A DNA stretch of 64,000 nt from Leucoraja erinacea (taxonomy: Eukaryota). The stretch lies in assembly GCF_028641065.1 (NCBI RefSeq), contig NC_073389.1, positions 62,001-126,000 of the forward strand, written 5' to 3'. The notes beneath the pieces are model-generated. The model saw only the letters and a list, made by a program, of their open reading frames with translations, was not told where the DNA came from and ran no database searches. Positions 1-10,544 of this stretch are shown one piece after another (positions within the stretch are counted from its first letter, which is position 1; every line of letters starts with the position of its first letter). Both the position numbers and the translations under genes were made by a program.

Positions 1-1140
1 ATAAGTTGACTTAAAATTACCTTTTCAAGGGCTTTTGAGAAGAAAGACAGTTTAGAAATGGGTCTGTAGTTGCTTGGCAAGGTGGGGTCAAGGTCAGGTT
101 TTGTTCAGGAGTGGATGGAACGCCGCATGTTTGAAGCTGGTAGGTACAGTGCTGGTGGCCAGAGATGTTGAAGATGGCGAGGATGCTGGGACCAGCTGTT
201 GTAATGACATCCTTTAGGAGGGCAGAGGGGACAGTATCGAGGGGGCAGGTAGTAGGTTTCATGGTGGAGATCAGTTTTACAAGGGAGGGTAGAGTAACGG
301 GTTGGAAACAATCTAATTTTGAAGAGCAAACCAATGAGACAGCCAGGTCATGGGTGGGAGGGGAAATATTCGTTCTGATGTTCTTTACTTTGCTGGTGAA
401 AAATGTAGTAAATTCCTCGCACTTGGCAGGGGACCCAGTTAGGCTGGTGCTGGTGGCAGGACAGGTGATGGTGCTAAAAAGGACCTTGGAATTATGAGCG
501 TTTTTGGAGATAAGGGTAGAAAAATATTTAGTTCTTGCAGATTTTACCGCTTCCTGGTATTTGTGAAGATTGTTTTTCAGGAGTTCAAAGGAAATTTGAA
601 GCTTATCAGATGTGTACTTCCGTTCTGATTTTCTGCATTCTCTTCTTAGGGCTCTGGTGGTGTCATTGACCCACGGCTCACCTTTAGGCTTGGGCTTTTT
701 CATTTTAAGAGGATCAACAGAATCCATGATGGAAGAGCAGTTAGTATTGAATAAAGAAATGAGGTTGTGGTACTGAGATGGGGGGTGGATGCCTCAATAG
801 TGCAGATGTCGGGGGCGGCTATGAGAGCCTCAGATAACTTACTGGTCATTGTGGAGTTAACGTAGTGGGAGTAGCGAGCAGCGAGATGGGATTTTGAGGG
901 AGAGAAAGGCAGAGATATATTGAATATAATAGCACTATGATCAGACAGGCAGGCTTCAATAATATCTGTGTTACAAGTTGGGAGACCAGACTAAAGCACT
1001 AGGTCCAGTGTATGACCAAGCTTGTGCGTGGGTCCAGTGGTGAGTAGAGACAGATTGAAGGACTCAACCAGGTTCATAAATTCACTCACAAAAGGCTTTG
1101 TGGGGCAGCAGACATGAATGTTAAAGTCACCAAGAATCAG
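1..1140 (-). mobile_element. L2-clade LINE ORF2 fragment (endonuclease to start of RT), degenerate
   Basis: Minus strand reads LILGDFNIHVCC...GPTHKLGHTLDLV (APE endonuclease motifs) and, in ORF 17..727, PWVN...KPTTCPLD. The frame resumes briefly (PEFDQV) beyond the LTR at about 3472-3495. Confidence 0.8.
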
Positions 1141-2231
1141 TGAGGAAATATATAATAAAATTGCTCAAATGATAAGTTCTTAAGGAACTTGTATTAAGTT
1201 GCAAGAGAAAAGCTTGGAGTTGGGGCTTTCAGAAATACATGCCTCCACAAAGAAATAAAGAACAAAGAACACACACAGGAGAACAGATGGCTTATCACAA
1301 CATGGAAATGTTGATCTGATGGGCACCATCCTTCTTCCGTTGTGACACATCTTTCGAGCTCGGGTGTATCATTAAGGCGATTTATGGTTGTCTATGTTGG
1401 ATTGTAGGCACCAAGGGTAGATACAAGTCTGTGAGATGGTTTGTGCTGTTTAAATGTATTTATGTTGAGATAAGAGATAAGGCATAGGTGATGGTTGCGT
1501 GACCTTTGCAAAAGGATTTCTTATGGTTACCAGAAACTGAGAAAGTAACTCTGTTTTGATAATCTTTCATTTGTTGTGAGGAATGCTTTTAGTGAAGAGG
1601 CCTTACATTATTTTCCTCCAGAGATAGAAGGGGGAGGTTGTAATACAAAATGAAAATTAGACCCGAGCTTGTGAAGAAGCAATCAAGTGTGATAGTTAAT
1701 GGCCTTTATGTGGATGGAGTTGGGAATTGTGTGATTAGCAATAACTTAAGTCTTTACCACTTTGTAAGAATGGGGCAAAACTCATCTTTAATCTTTGTAA
1801 TCCATAAGTAACTGTATTTTAACTATGTGGTTGTAAGGAAATTAATTGTGAAGTGTATTGTGTTTAATTACAATTGTAAATATTAGACTTTGTTTAAATC
1901 TGAAGTTTTAGAAATAACTTTCTGAAAAGTATTCTGTGAGAATTAGTTTTATATCTGTGGTTTTACTTTATTGAAATAAAATGATTTTGAGCAAAGAGGT
2001 TGAAGAAACCACAGAGGGGAAGAAGGTTGTAAAGGGGCTGGAAAAGGGAAAATCATGTGACTATACGTTTTGTCAGTCAATGGAAAGGATTTAGTTGATT
2101 GGTTAATGCAAATAAGTTAAAATGTATGGTAAACCATAATGATTGGTTAATAGTTAGCCACTCCTTTTGTGCCATCCTTGTCTTTTACCTATATAATGTG
2201 TTACATTTATGCCAAAGTCAGTAGTTCTTTC

Positions 2232-3322
2232 CAAAGATCCTATAGCAGAGCAAGATGGGTTACTCTCACGCAAAAGTGTAGTACGCTCATGGGCGGATTC
2301 ATGGGTGATTATTTTAGCAATCAGCCCCCGCCATCTTGTTCCGCCATCTTGCTCAGTCATCTCGCTTCCGGTCAGAGTGCGCGGCCCGGGGCAGCGGGAG
2401 AGGGAGTGTGGGGTCCGGGACAGCGGGAGAGGGAGTGTGGGGTCCGGGGCAGCGGGAGAGGAAGTGTGGGGTCCGGGGCAGCGGGAGAGGGAGTGTGGGG
2501 TCCGGGGCAGCGGGAGAGGGAGTGTGGGGTCCGGGGCAGTGGGAGAGGAAGTGTGGGGCCCGGGGCAGCGGGAGAGGGAGAGAGAGTGTGGGGTCCGGGG
2601 GCGCAGTGGGAGAGGGAGTGCGGGGCAGCGGGGAGCGGGGCATAGGAGGGGGCGAGAGACATTGTAGTGAGGGGGCAGGCGAGGGAGTGCCGAGGGGGGG
2701 GGGGGGATAAGACCTAGTGTGTGTGAAGTTGCGGGGAGGTTTACAATGTTTTTTATTTACAATGTTTCTTATTTAATGTCCCGTGTCTAGTCTGAAATAA
2801 AGTTCATTATTGGATCAGAAGAAATATAATTGTGTGTGTTATATGATTATATACATTTATATAATTTTCATGTATGTGTGTTTATAAACATTTTATTCTT
2901 TAACAAGAATTAACAGAATTATGAGCTAACAGAATTATGAATCTAACCCTATATCACGCACAAAATGTCCCCCCCTGTCAATTACCCTGCGAGTCGGGTC
3001 GGTTCCGGTTACTACAGAATCAACTCAAACACTGCTTGTGAGCCTTTTAAAAAGAAATGATTTAAAAAACATTAAAAAAGACAATTGCCAGAATCAAATT
3101 TTATTCTTGACAAGAAGTTTGTACTGACAGAATTTCTGAATATAACCCACACAAACTGTTGCCCCGCAACATTGATTACACTGCGAGTCGGGTCGGGTCA
3201 GGTAGGCTCAGGTTGCTAAAATGGGCGTGGAAAAATGCCCAGGATCCCCTCCATAGCATACTACAGGTCAGCCCATTGCATTTAGCAGGAGTAGCCTATC
3301 TTGCTCTGCTATAGGATCTTTG
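2232..3322. mobile_element. Non-autonomous DNA transposon (P-element- or hAT-like MITE) with 8-bp TSD
   Basis: TIR CAAAGATCCTATAGCAGAGCAAGAT is 25 bp perfect and about 34 bp with 2 mismatches. TSD GTTCTTTC at 2224-2231 and 3323-3330. Confidence 0.88.
2385..2640 (+). repeat. 29-bp G-rich minisatellite inside the MITE
   Basis: About 8 copies of GGGGCAGCGGGAGAGGGAGTGTGGGGTCC; explains the repetitive ORFs at 2169-2710. Confidence 0.9.
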
Positions 3323-3805
3323 GTTCTTTCGACCTGCTCCAGGGTTTCTAACTCTGTGTTGGAAGGTTTAAAGAATTATCCAGCACTGTCTGAATAAAGA
3401 ATTGATTTTAGCAGCAATGGTTTGAATCGAGTTTTCTTGAATTAGACTGGCAAAAAGAACTCATTTTAACATCAGGACCTGGTCAAATTCGGGGACAGTT
3501 TCTTCCCAGCTGTTATTAGACAACTGACCTATCCCACCAATAACTAGAGAGCATTCCTGAACTACTATCTACCTCATTAGAGACCATCAGATTATCTTTG
3601 ATTGGACTTTATCTTGCATAAACATTGTGCAGATTGTTGCCTTTATCGTGTATCTGTACACTTTGGACAGTTCGATTGTTGCTTTCTGCTGACTGGTTAG
3701 CACCCAGCAAAAAGCTGTTCACTGTACCTCGGTACACGTGACAATAAACTAAACTCAATTCAAGTGAAGGTGACAATAATAAACCCCTTTCTGTCTTTTG
3801 TTCAG

Positions 3806-4144
3806 ATGCATTCACCACTTGTGAACGAGCCACAGATGTAGAGATCGGCAAGGATGTCACCTTCAAGTGTACGTTTGAGTGCGACAATCCATGTGTACCG
3901 TGGGTGAGGTGGGAGAAGGATCAAGATGCCGGAATCTTGTACGAGTACAAGGAAGATAAAAGCGATGTCAGCAAACAACATGCCAACTACTCGGGAAGAA
4001 TTGAAGTCGACACATCCTCATTTAAAGAAGGAAAAGCATTCCTTACATTGAAGAATGTCGAAATCTGGGATGAGGGAAAGTACATTGTCAGTGTTAGCAC
4101 TGACAATGGATATGGACCTGGATTTGTCCTGCTATCTGTTTGGG
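3806..4144 (+). CDS. Gene A IgV exon: B7-family (B7-H4/VTCN1- or HHLA2-like) V domain
   Basis: Acceptor ctgtcttttgttcag|AT and donor TGGG|gtatgt; 339 nt, phase 1/1. Translation xAFTTCERATDVEIGKDVTFKCTFECDNPCVPWVRWEKDQDAGILYEYKEDKSDVSKQHANYSGRIEVDTSSFKEGKAFLTLKNVEIWDEGKYIVSVSTDNGYGPGFVLLSVW. B7-type motifs (C-T-F-E, W, Q-xxx-Y-x-G-R, G-x-A-x-L-x-L-K-N-V, D-E-G-x-Y) resemble VTCN1 as I recall it. The leader exon was not found and presumably lies upstream of the window. Confidence 0.88.
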
Positions 4145-4544
4145 GTATGTTTTCATACTTGATAGGAGCAGAATTAGGCCATTCGGCCCATCGGTCATTC
4201 GGCCATCTCCTGCCTTCTCCCCCATACCCCCTTACTACCGTACTAATCGAGAACCTGTCAATCTCCATTTTAAAAATACCCAATGACTTGGACTCCACAG
4301 CTGTCAGTGGCAGTGAATTCCACAGATTCACCACCCTCGGGCTGTAGAAATTCTTCCTCTTCTCCTTTCAAAAGGAACATTGTTTTATTCTGATGTTGTC
4401 CCAGACTCAGCCACTACTGGAAACCTCCTTGTCTTCTCTCTTATTCCGTTTACAGTGAGGGTCAAATGTACCTGGGTGTATTTATTTAATTGTTCAGTAT
4501 TAGGGATTCTTTTTAATTCTTAACACAGCTTTTTTTTACAGGAA

Positions 4545-7500
4545 GTCAAGTCAAGTTTATTTGTCACATACACATACGATACAAGATACAAGATACATTT
4601 AATTGTCATTTGGACCCCTTGAGGTCCAAACGAAATGCCGTTTCTGCAGCCATACATTACAAACACATAGACCCAAGACACAACATAATTTACATAAACA
4701 TCCATCACATCGCTGTCCCGCGGCCATTCCAGCCGCGCGGGGCAGTGATGTTAGGCCCCGCTCCAGGAGCTCTTCAACCCCGCAACTCGGGCGGGGGAAG
4801 TCGCCGTTGCGAGAGCCCTGAAAAGCGGTCTCCCTCCAGGGAGCCGCGGGCTCCCGGTGCCGCCGTCCACAGACCTGCCGTTGGAGCCTCCGACTCTCCG
4901 GTAGCAGCAGCAGCAGCAGCGCTCCTCCACCGCTCCACCCGCTCCGGACTCGGCCAGCCCCGCGACGGCGACGGTGAGTCGTAGCACCAGAGTCCCCGGC
5001 TTCTTCCTGTTGGAGGCCGCTCCTCGTTGCGGCCCCAACGACAACGGAAACCCGACGAGAAAAGGTCGGGTCTCCAGTGCAGGGAGAGATTTTAAAAAGT
5101 TTCCCCACCCCCACCCCCCCCCCCACCACACACACCCCAACAAAAAATAACAAAAACTACATTTAAACACAGACAGAAAATAATAAAACGCGGACAGACT
5201 GCAGAGGCCGCTGCTGACCAGAGCAGCGCCGCCTACCGAGATGTGCAGTGAAATGAAAGTGGCAATGCTCACGGACTTTTGTGCAAAGACAAACAACAAA
5301 ACAACCAACAAATTATAAACACAATCATAACATACATATTCTTTTACATAATAAATAATGGAAGGAAAAACGTTCAGTAGAGTTAGTCCCTGGTGAGATA
5401 GGCGTTTACAGTCCGAATTGCCTCTGGGAAGAAACTCCTTCTCAACCTCTCCGTTCTCACCGAATGGCAATGGAGGCGTTTGCCTGACCGTAGCAGCTGG
5501 AACAGTCCGTTGCAGGGGTGGAAGGGGTCTCCCATGATTTTTTTTTTGCTCTGGAGTTGCACCTCCTGTTGTATAGTTCCTGCAGGGGGGCGAGTGAAGT
5601 TCCCATAGTGCGTTCGGCCGAACGCACTACTCTCTGCAGAGCCTTCTTGTCCTTGGCAGAGCAATTCCCAAACCAGATGGTAATGTTCCCGGACAAGATG
5701 CTTTCCACCGCCGCTGCGTAGAAGCACTGGAGGATCCTCGGAGACACTCTGAATTTCCTCAATTGCCTGAGGTGATAAAGGCGCTGCCTTGCCTTACTCA
5801 CGAGCACTGAGGCGTGTGATGCCCATGTCATATCCTCAGAGATGTGGACTTCCAGATATTTAAAACAGTCCACCCTATCCACAGGATCCCCATTTATCCT
5901 CAATGGAGTGTACGTCCTCGGATGATGTGCCCTCCTAAAGTCCATGATCAGCTCCTTCGTTTTTTTGATGTTCAAGAGGAGGCTGTTATCCTGGCACCAG
6001 AGTGCTAGACCAGCCACCTCCTCCCGGTAGGCCTTCTCGTCGTTGTCTGAGATCAGGCCCACCACCACAGTGTCATCAGCAAACTTAATTATTGAATTGG
6101 AGCTGAACCTAGCCACACAGTCATGTGTGTACAGGGAGTACAATAGGGGGTTGAGGACGCAACCCTGGGGCGATCCTGTGCTCAGGGTGAGGGACTTTGA
6201 TGTATTCCCTCCCATCTTGACTACCTGGGGCCTGGCGGTGAGGAAGTCCAGGACCCAGGCACACAGGGGGGTGTTGAGCCCCAATTCCATTAGCTTCCCG
6301 GCCAGTGTGGTGGGGACTATTGTGTTGAAGGCTGAACTGTAGTCTATGAACAGCATCCTCACGTAGCCCCCCTTCTGGCTGTCCAGATGGGAGAGAGCGG
6401 TGTGCAAGACCTGGGAGACCGCATCGTCCGTGGATCTGTTCGGACGGTATGCGAACTGCAACGGGTCCATGTTCCGAGGGAGGAAGGCGCAGATGTGATT
6501 CTTCACCAGCCTCTCAAAGCATTTCATGACTACCGAGGTAAGGGCCACTGGACGGTAGTCATCCAGACAGGCTGTGGAGGCATTTTTTGGTACCGGTACA
6601 ATGATGGATTTTTTGAAGCAGGCAGGGACCACGGACTTGTCCAGGGAGAGGTTGAATAATGTAGTGAGCACTGGAGCTAGCTGTGTAGCACAGGACTTGA
6701 GTACTCGCCCCGAGGTGCCATCGGGGCCTGCAGCTTTTCTCGTGTTCACCCGTGTCAGAGCCCTCCTCACGTCATGCTCGGACAGCGAGAATGTGTGCAC
6801 ATTTCTCCCTTCAGCTTCGGTAGCCAGCCCGCTGGCGGTATTGTCGATAGTCGGCAGACCTGGAGTGGTGTTGCCCCTCTCGAAACGAGCGTAAAAGGAG
6901 TTCAGGTCGTCAGCTAGGGAGGTGCTGGCACATGCGGATGAGGAAGGGGTGCTCCGGTAGTTGGTTACAATCCGTAGCCCCTGCCACAGGCTTCTGGTGT
7001 CCTGTAAGTCCATCTTGTCTCTGTACCTTCTCTTTGCGTCCTTCACCGCCTTTCACAGTCGGTAGGACTCTGCCTTGTAGACGTCCATGTTTCCTGATGC
7101 CAGGCCCGAGTTGTAGGCAGCGGTGCGAGCATTCAGGGCCACACGGACAGACCTGTCCACCCAGGGTTTTTGGTTCGGAAAGGTGCTTACCCTTACCGTG
7201 GGGACGATGTTGTCGGTTACTGTTGCGATGAAGTCCGTGACTGCTTCCGCAAACTCACTGACGTCACTGGAACTTGCTTCGAACATATTCCAGTCGACAT
7301 CACTCAGTGCATCTTGCAGCATGGCCTCTGACTGGTCGGACCACCGCTTTACGTCCCTCGTCTCTACCGCTTCCCGAACTATCCTCTGTTTATACTCCGG
7401 CAACAGGAAAATGACAGCGTGGTCAGATTTTCCTAGGGGAGGGAGTGAAACGGCCTTGTAGCCTTTCCTGAACGGTGTGTAGCAGTGGTCCAAAGTTCTC

Positions 7501-7765
7501 TCCCCCCGGTGGCACACGTGATGTGTTGGTAGAAGTTCGGCATGACCTTCTTGAGATTTGATTTATTAATATCTCCAGCCACCACCATAGCCGCATCCGG
7601 GTACTTGTTTTGATGTCGACATAGCACATCGTGTTGGGCCGAAAGTGCCACGTCGGTGTCCGCCTGCAGTGGAATGTAGACGGCTGTGACGATCACTGAG
7701 CCGAACTCCCGGGGAAGGTAGAATGGGCGGCATGAGATTGCCAGATGCCGAAAATTCTGGTGTCA
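4545..7765 (-). mobile_element. Rex1/Babar-type LINE, 5'-truncated, with a second element nested in its 3' UTR (about 4579-5237)
   Basis: Endonuclease remnants (VTAVYIP, VVAGD, TLDHCY) at 7053-7760, RT ORF at 5457-7046, and a 3' microsatellite tail (caagt)n at about 4545. Confidence 0.88.
5457..7046 (-). pseudogene. Reverse transcriptase of the Rex1/Babar LINE (frameshifted at both ends)
   Basis: KAAGPDG, YRPVALTS, LFIDYSSAFNT, GSPQGCVL, KFADD, KTKELIMDFR. Confidence 0.9.
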
Positions 7766-7916
7766 TCTCCCTTCATCAAAATTCTCTTGTGAAGTTCCAC
7801 CAGTTCAAATAAACTTCATGCCTCAGTCAGGAGGAAATGTAGCTGAGAATGTCCATGGCATCAAAGTTACAAAGAACAGGGATGTCTTTGGGGTGTCTAA
7901 TTATACAACTATTAAT

Positions 7917-8355
7917 GGCGGCATGGTGGCACAGCGGTAGAGTTGCTGTCTTACTGCACCAGAGACCAGAGTTCGATCCTTACTATGGGTACAGTCAGTA
8001 TGGAGTATGTACGTTCTCCCCGTGACCACGTGGGGGCACCGGCTTCCTCCCACACAAAAGACATACAGGTCTTAAGAAAGGTCTTGACCCGAAACGTCAC
8101 CCATTCCTTCTACAGAGATGCTGCCCTGCCTGAGTTACTCCAGCATTTTATGTCTATCCTAGGTCGGTAGGTTAATTGGCATCGGTAAAAAAATCTCAAT
8201 TGTCTGCACATCTTTGGAGTGTGGGAGGACACTGGAGAAAACCCACATGGTCACGGGGAAAATGGACAAACTCCGTACAGACAGCACCCATAGTCAGGAT
8301 GGAAGCCAGGTCTGTGGCGCTGTAAGGCAGCAACTCTACCGCTGCGCCACCATGT
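7917..8355. mobile_element. Two HE1-type tRNA-derived SINEs, + (about 7917-8180) and - (about 8205-8355)
   Basis: GGTGGCACAGCGGTAGAG A-box head and GTTCGATCC B-box. Further copies near 8924, 15652, 16330, 16700(-), 23820(-), 47870(-), 58068, 58585 and 60085(-). Confidence 0.75.
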
Positions 8356-8395
8356 CGCCATTAATGGTTTCTGTTTATGTTTCTTTTCTTGACAG

Positions 8396-8659
8396 CTGCT
8401 GCTGATCATGTCCGCGTTATCATGAATTCCGAAATGGACATGCTCTCTTGCCAGTCGTCAGGGTGGTATCCTGCCCCAACGGTGGAGTGGAAGGACAAAT
8501 CGGGGAACGATTTAAACAAACACAGTGAAATAATCATGAGAGAACCCAATGGCCATTTCAACGTGACCCACAATCTGAAAGAATATGACATACAGAATCA
8601 GTACATCTGCTCAATGTGGCATAAGCGGATGACAAAACAGTTTCGAGTGGTTTTCTCGA
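8396..8659 (+). CDS. Gene A IgC exon: B7/butyrophilin-type C domain
   Basis: Acceptor ttcttttcttgacag|CT and donor TCGA|gtaagt; 264 nt, phase 1/1, in frame with the V exon (G+CT=Ala). Translation AAADHVRVIMNSEMDMLSCQSSGWYPAPTVEWKDKSGNDL...NGHFNVTHNL...NQYICSMWH. It carries the CD80-like C-domain motif L-x-C-x-S-x-G-W-Y-P-x-P-x-V-x-W and Y-x-C. Confidence 0.88.
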
Positions 8660-9132
8660 GTAAGTTTATCTCTGAGATTATTAATCAAGTAAAAGTTAAT
8701 TTAAATAAACTTATTAGAGATATTTTCATTCATCTGAGATCCATCAGTCATTGTTTAAGAAAGAACTGCAGAAGCTGGAAAATTCGAAGGTAGACAAAGA
8801 TAGGCAGACATGTTTTGTCTATCCATCAGTCATTGAGAAGTTTGTTGGTGAATTATTCCAGGATTTAGTCTCACCGACCCAGAAGATTTGGATTTAGGTT
8901 TATTATTGTCACGTGTAGTGTTGACACGGTGGCGCAGCGGTAGAGTTGCTGCCTCACAACGCCAGAGACCCGGGTTCCATCCTCACTAGGGGGTGGCTGT
9001 ATGGAGTTTGTACATTCTCCCTGTGACTCCATAGGATTTCTCCGGGTGCTCCAGTTTCCTTCCACTCTCCAAAGACGGGGTTTGTAGGTTAATTGGCTTC
9101 CAGAAATTGTAAATTATTCCTTGTGTTCAGTG

Positions 9133-9723
9133 GGTCAATGGAACTTTATTTCTCTCATGTACTGAGGTACAGTGAAATTCATTTTTGTATACAGTTCAGT
9201 ACAAGTGTCACTATACAGAAACACCTTGATACATGTTAGCAGAGCATCGCAGATCCAGTGTCTTACAGTAGTACACAGAGTCGGTATACAGTCACCAGTT
9301 TTGGTGCCATTTTCGAGTGACAATTGTATGTGCAGGGTTCTTGACCTGACCACGAAGGCCTGTTGTCCTGGTGGCATTGCAGGGTCGACCTGACCATGAG
9401 TGACCATGATGTCCTCCACCACTCTAGACGGTGTCCCGTCCATGTGCTCGGCCTCTTGGAGCGGTGCCCAGTCCAGCTGAGGCCCAGGCTGTTGCAAGGC
9501 CTCCAGCTGCCCACTCCCCCGTCAAGGCTGTACACTGCCTCCTGCAGCCGGTCTGCTTACTGGCCCTCTGTCCAACTCCACTCTGGGTAGGTGAGCCGGA
9601 CCTTACAGGCGGGTAAGGACGGAGCAGGTCCTCAGTCCACGGCAAGCCAGCTGGGCCTTCTGGTGGGCTTTGCCAAGGCTTGCCGGGATCCTCCCACCGT
9701 GTGGCTAGCCGAATACTCCGCCA
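9133..9723 (-). mobile_element. Unclassified 591-bp insertion with 9-bp TSD inside a SINE
   Basis: TGTTCAGTG at 9124-9132 and 9724-9732; the host SINE body continues across the insertion. Probably the 3' end of a non-LTR element. Confidence 0.55.
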
Positions 9724-10544
9724 TGTTCAGTGTGTAGGATAGTCCTAGCATATGGGGTGATCGCTGGTCAGTGTGGTCCTGATGGGCCGAAAGGACCTGT
9801 TTCAGCACAGTGTCTCAAGTATGGTAAAATAAAACATACTGTATGGATGGATTAACTAAGTTTGGCACAATGTTTCTGATTGATGGTCATGAGAAACTTT
9901 GAAATTGTTAGCAGTGTGGAATGACTGATGACTATTTTCTGGATTGAACTTATTAAGTAGCCTCCATAGCTCAGAATTCTCAGATAAAACGATTGGGCGA
10001 TTCTTCAGTAAGTGTCTACTTTGGTATCCCGTTACTTTGATGCTGAATATAAGGAAAACCCGTAATTCTATCCCATTTCTTCCTTTTCCATATTGTTAAT
10101 AAACATAATCCTCATAAATAAAGATTAAAACCTAAATTATCTTTTTTTTCCCCCCGATATTCGATCACCCCCCCCCCCGAAAACCACATGTCCCGATTGT
10201 TACTAGTGAAATTTCAAGTCGGCATATTTATTTAATGGGGGATCTATCTGAAATGAAAATACTTTTAAACGGTAGATATTAATAATTAAAATATTTATCA
10301 CCCATAAAAAAATCCACTTACCATTTTTTTCCAAATATTCCTTGTCCTGATCTTCTGACCTCAAAAGACCGCAAAATTCAAAAGTCCCCTACCTTGTGAA
10401 TATCTCCTGATTCGCAGGACGAGAAACGTGAAAACTGTTTTTTGCTGCATAGCGGGTACATACCTATATTCAGCACCATTCGCGAACGGCGCTGAAGTCT
10501 CAGAGGAAAAAATAATCTTTATTTTTTTATTTCTTCTGGAAACA

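Larger units (their letters stand above)
1141..3471 (+). mobile_element. Solo LTR (TG...CA) with 4-bp TSD TCAG, inserted in the L2
   Basis: Begins TGAGGAAA and ends TTTTAACA. TCAG occurs at 1137-1140 and 3472-3475. Contains inverted CCAAT boxes (about 2097 and 2141), TATATAA at 2190-2196 and AATAAA at 3393-3398. About 1.23 kb without the nested MITE. Confidence 0.75.

Noticed and set aside
2385-2640. CRISPR-like array
   Set aside because: Contiguous tandem units without unique spacers in a eukaryotic context; it is a minisatellite.
7917-7990. tRNA genes
   Set aside because: The A/B-box heads belong to SINEs and continue into the SINE body; no cloverleaf gene is supported.
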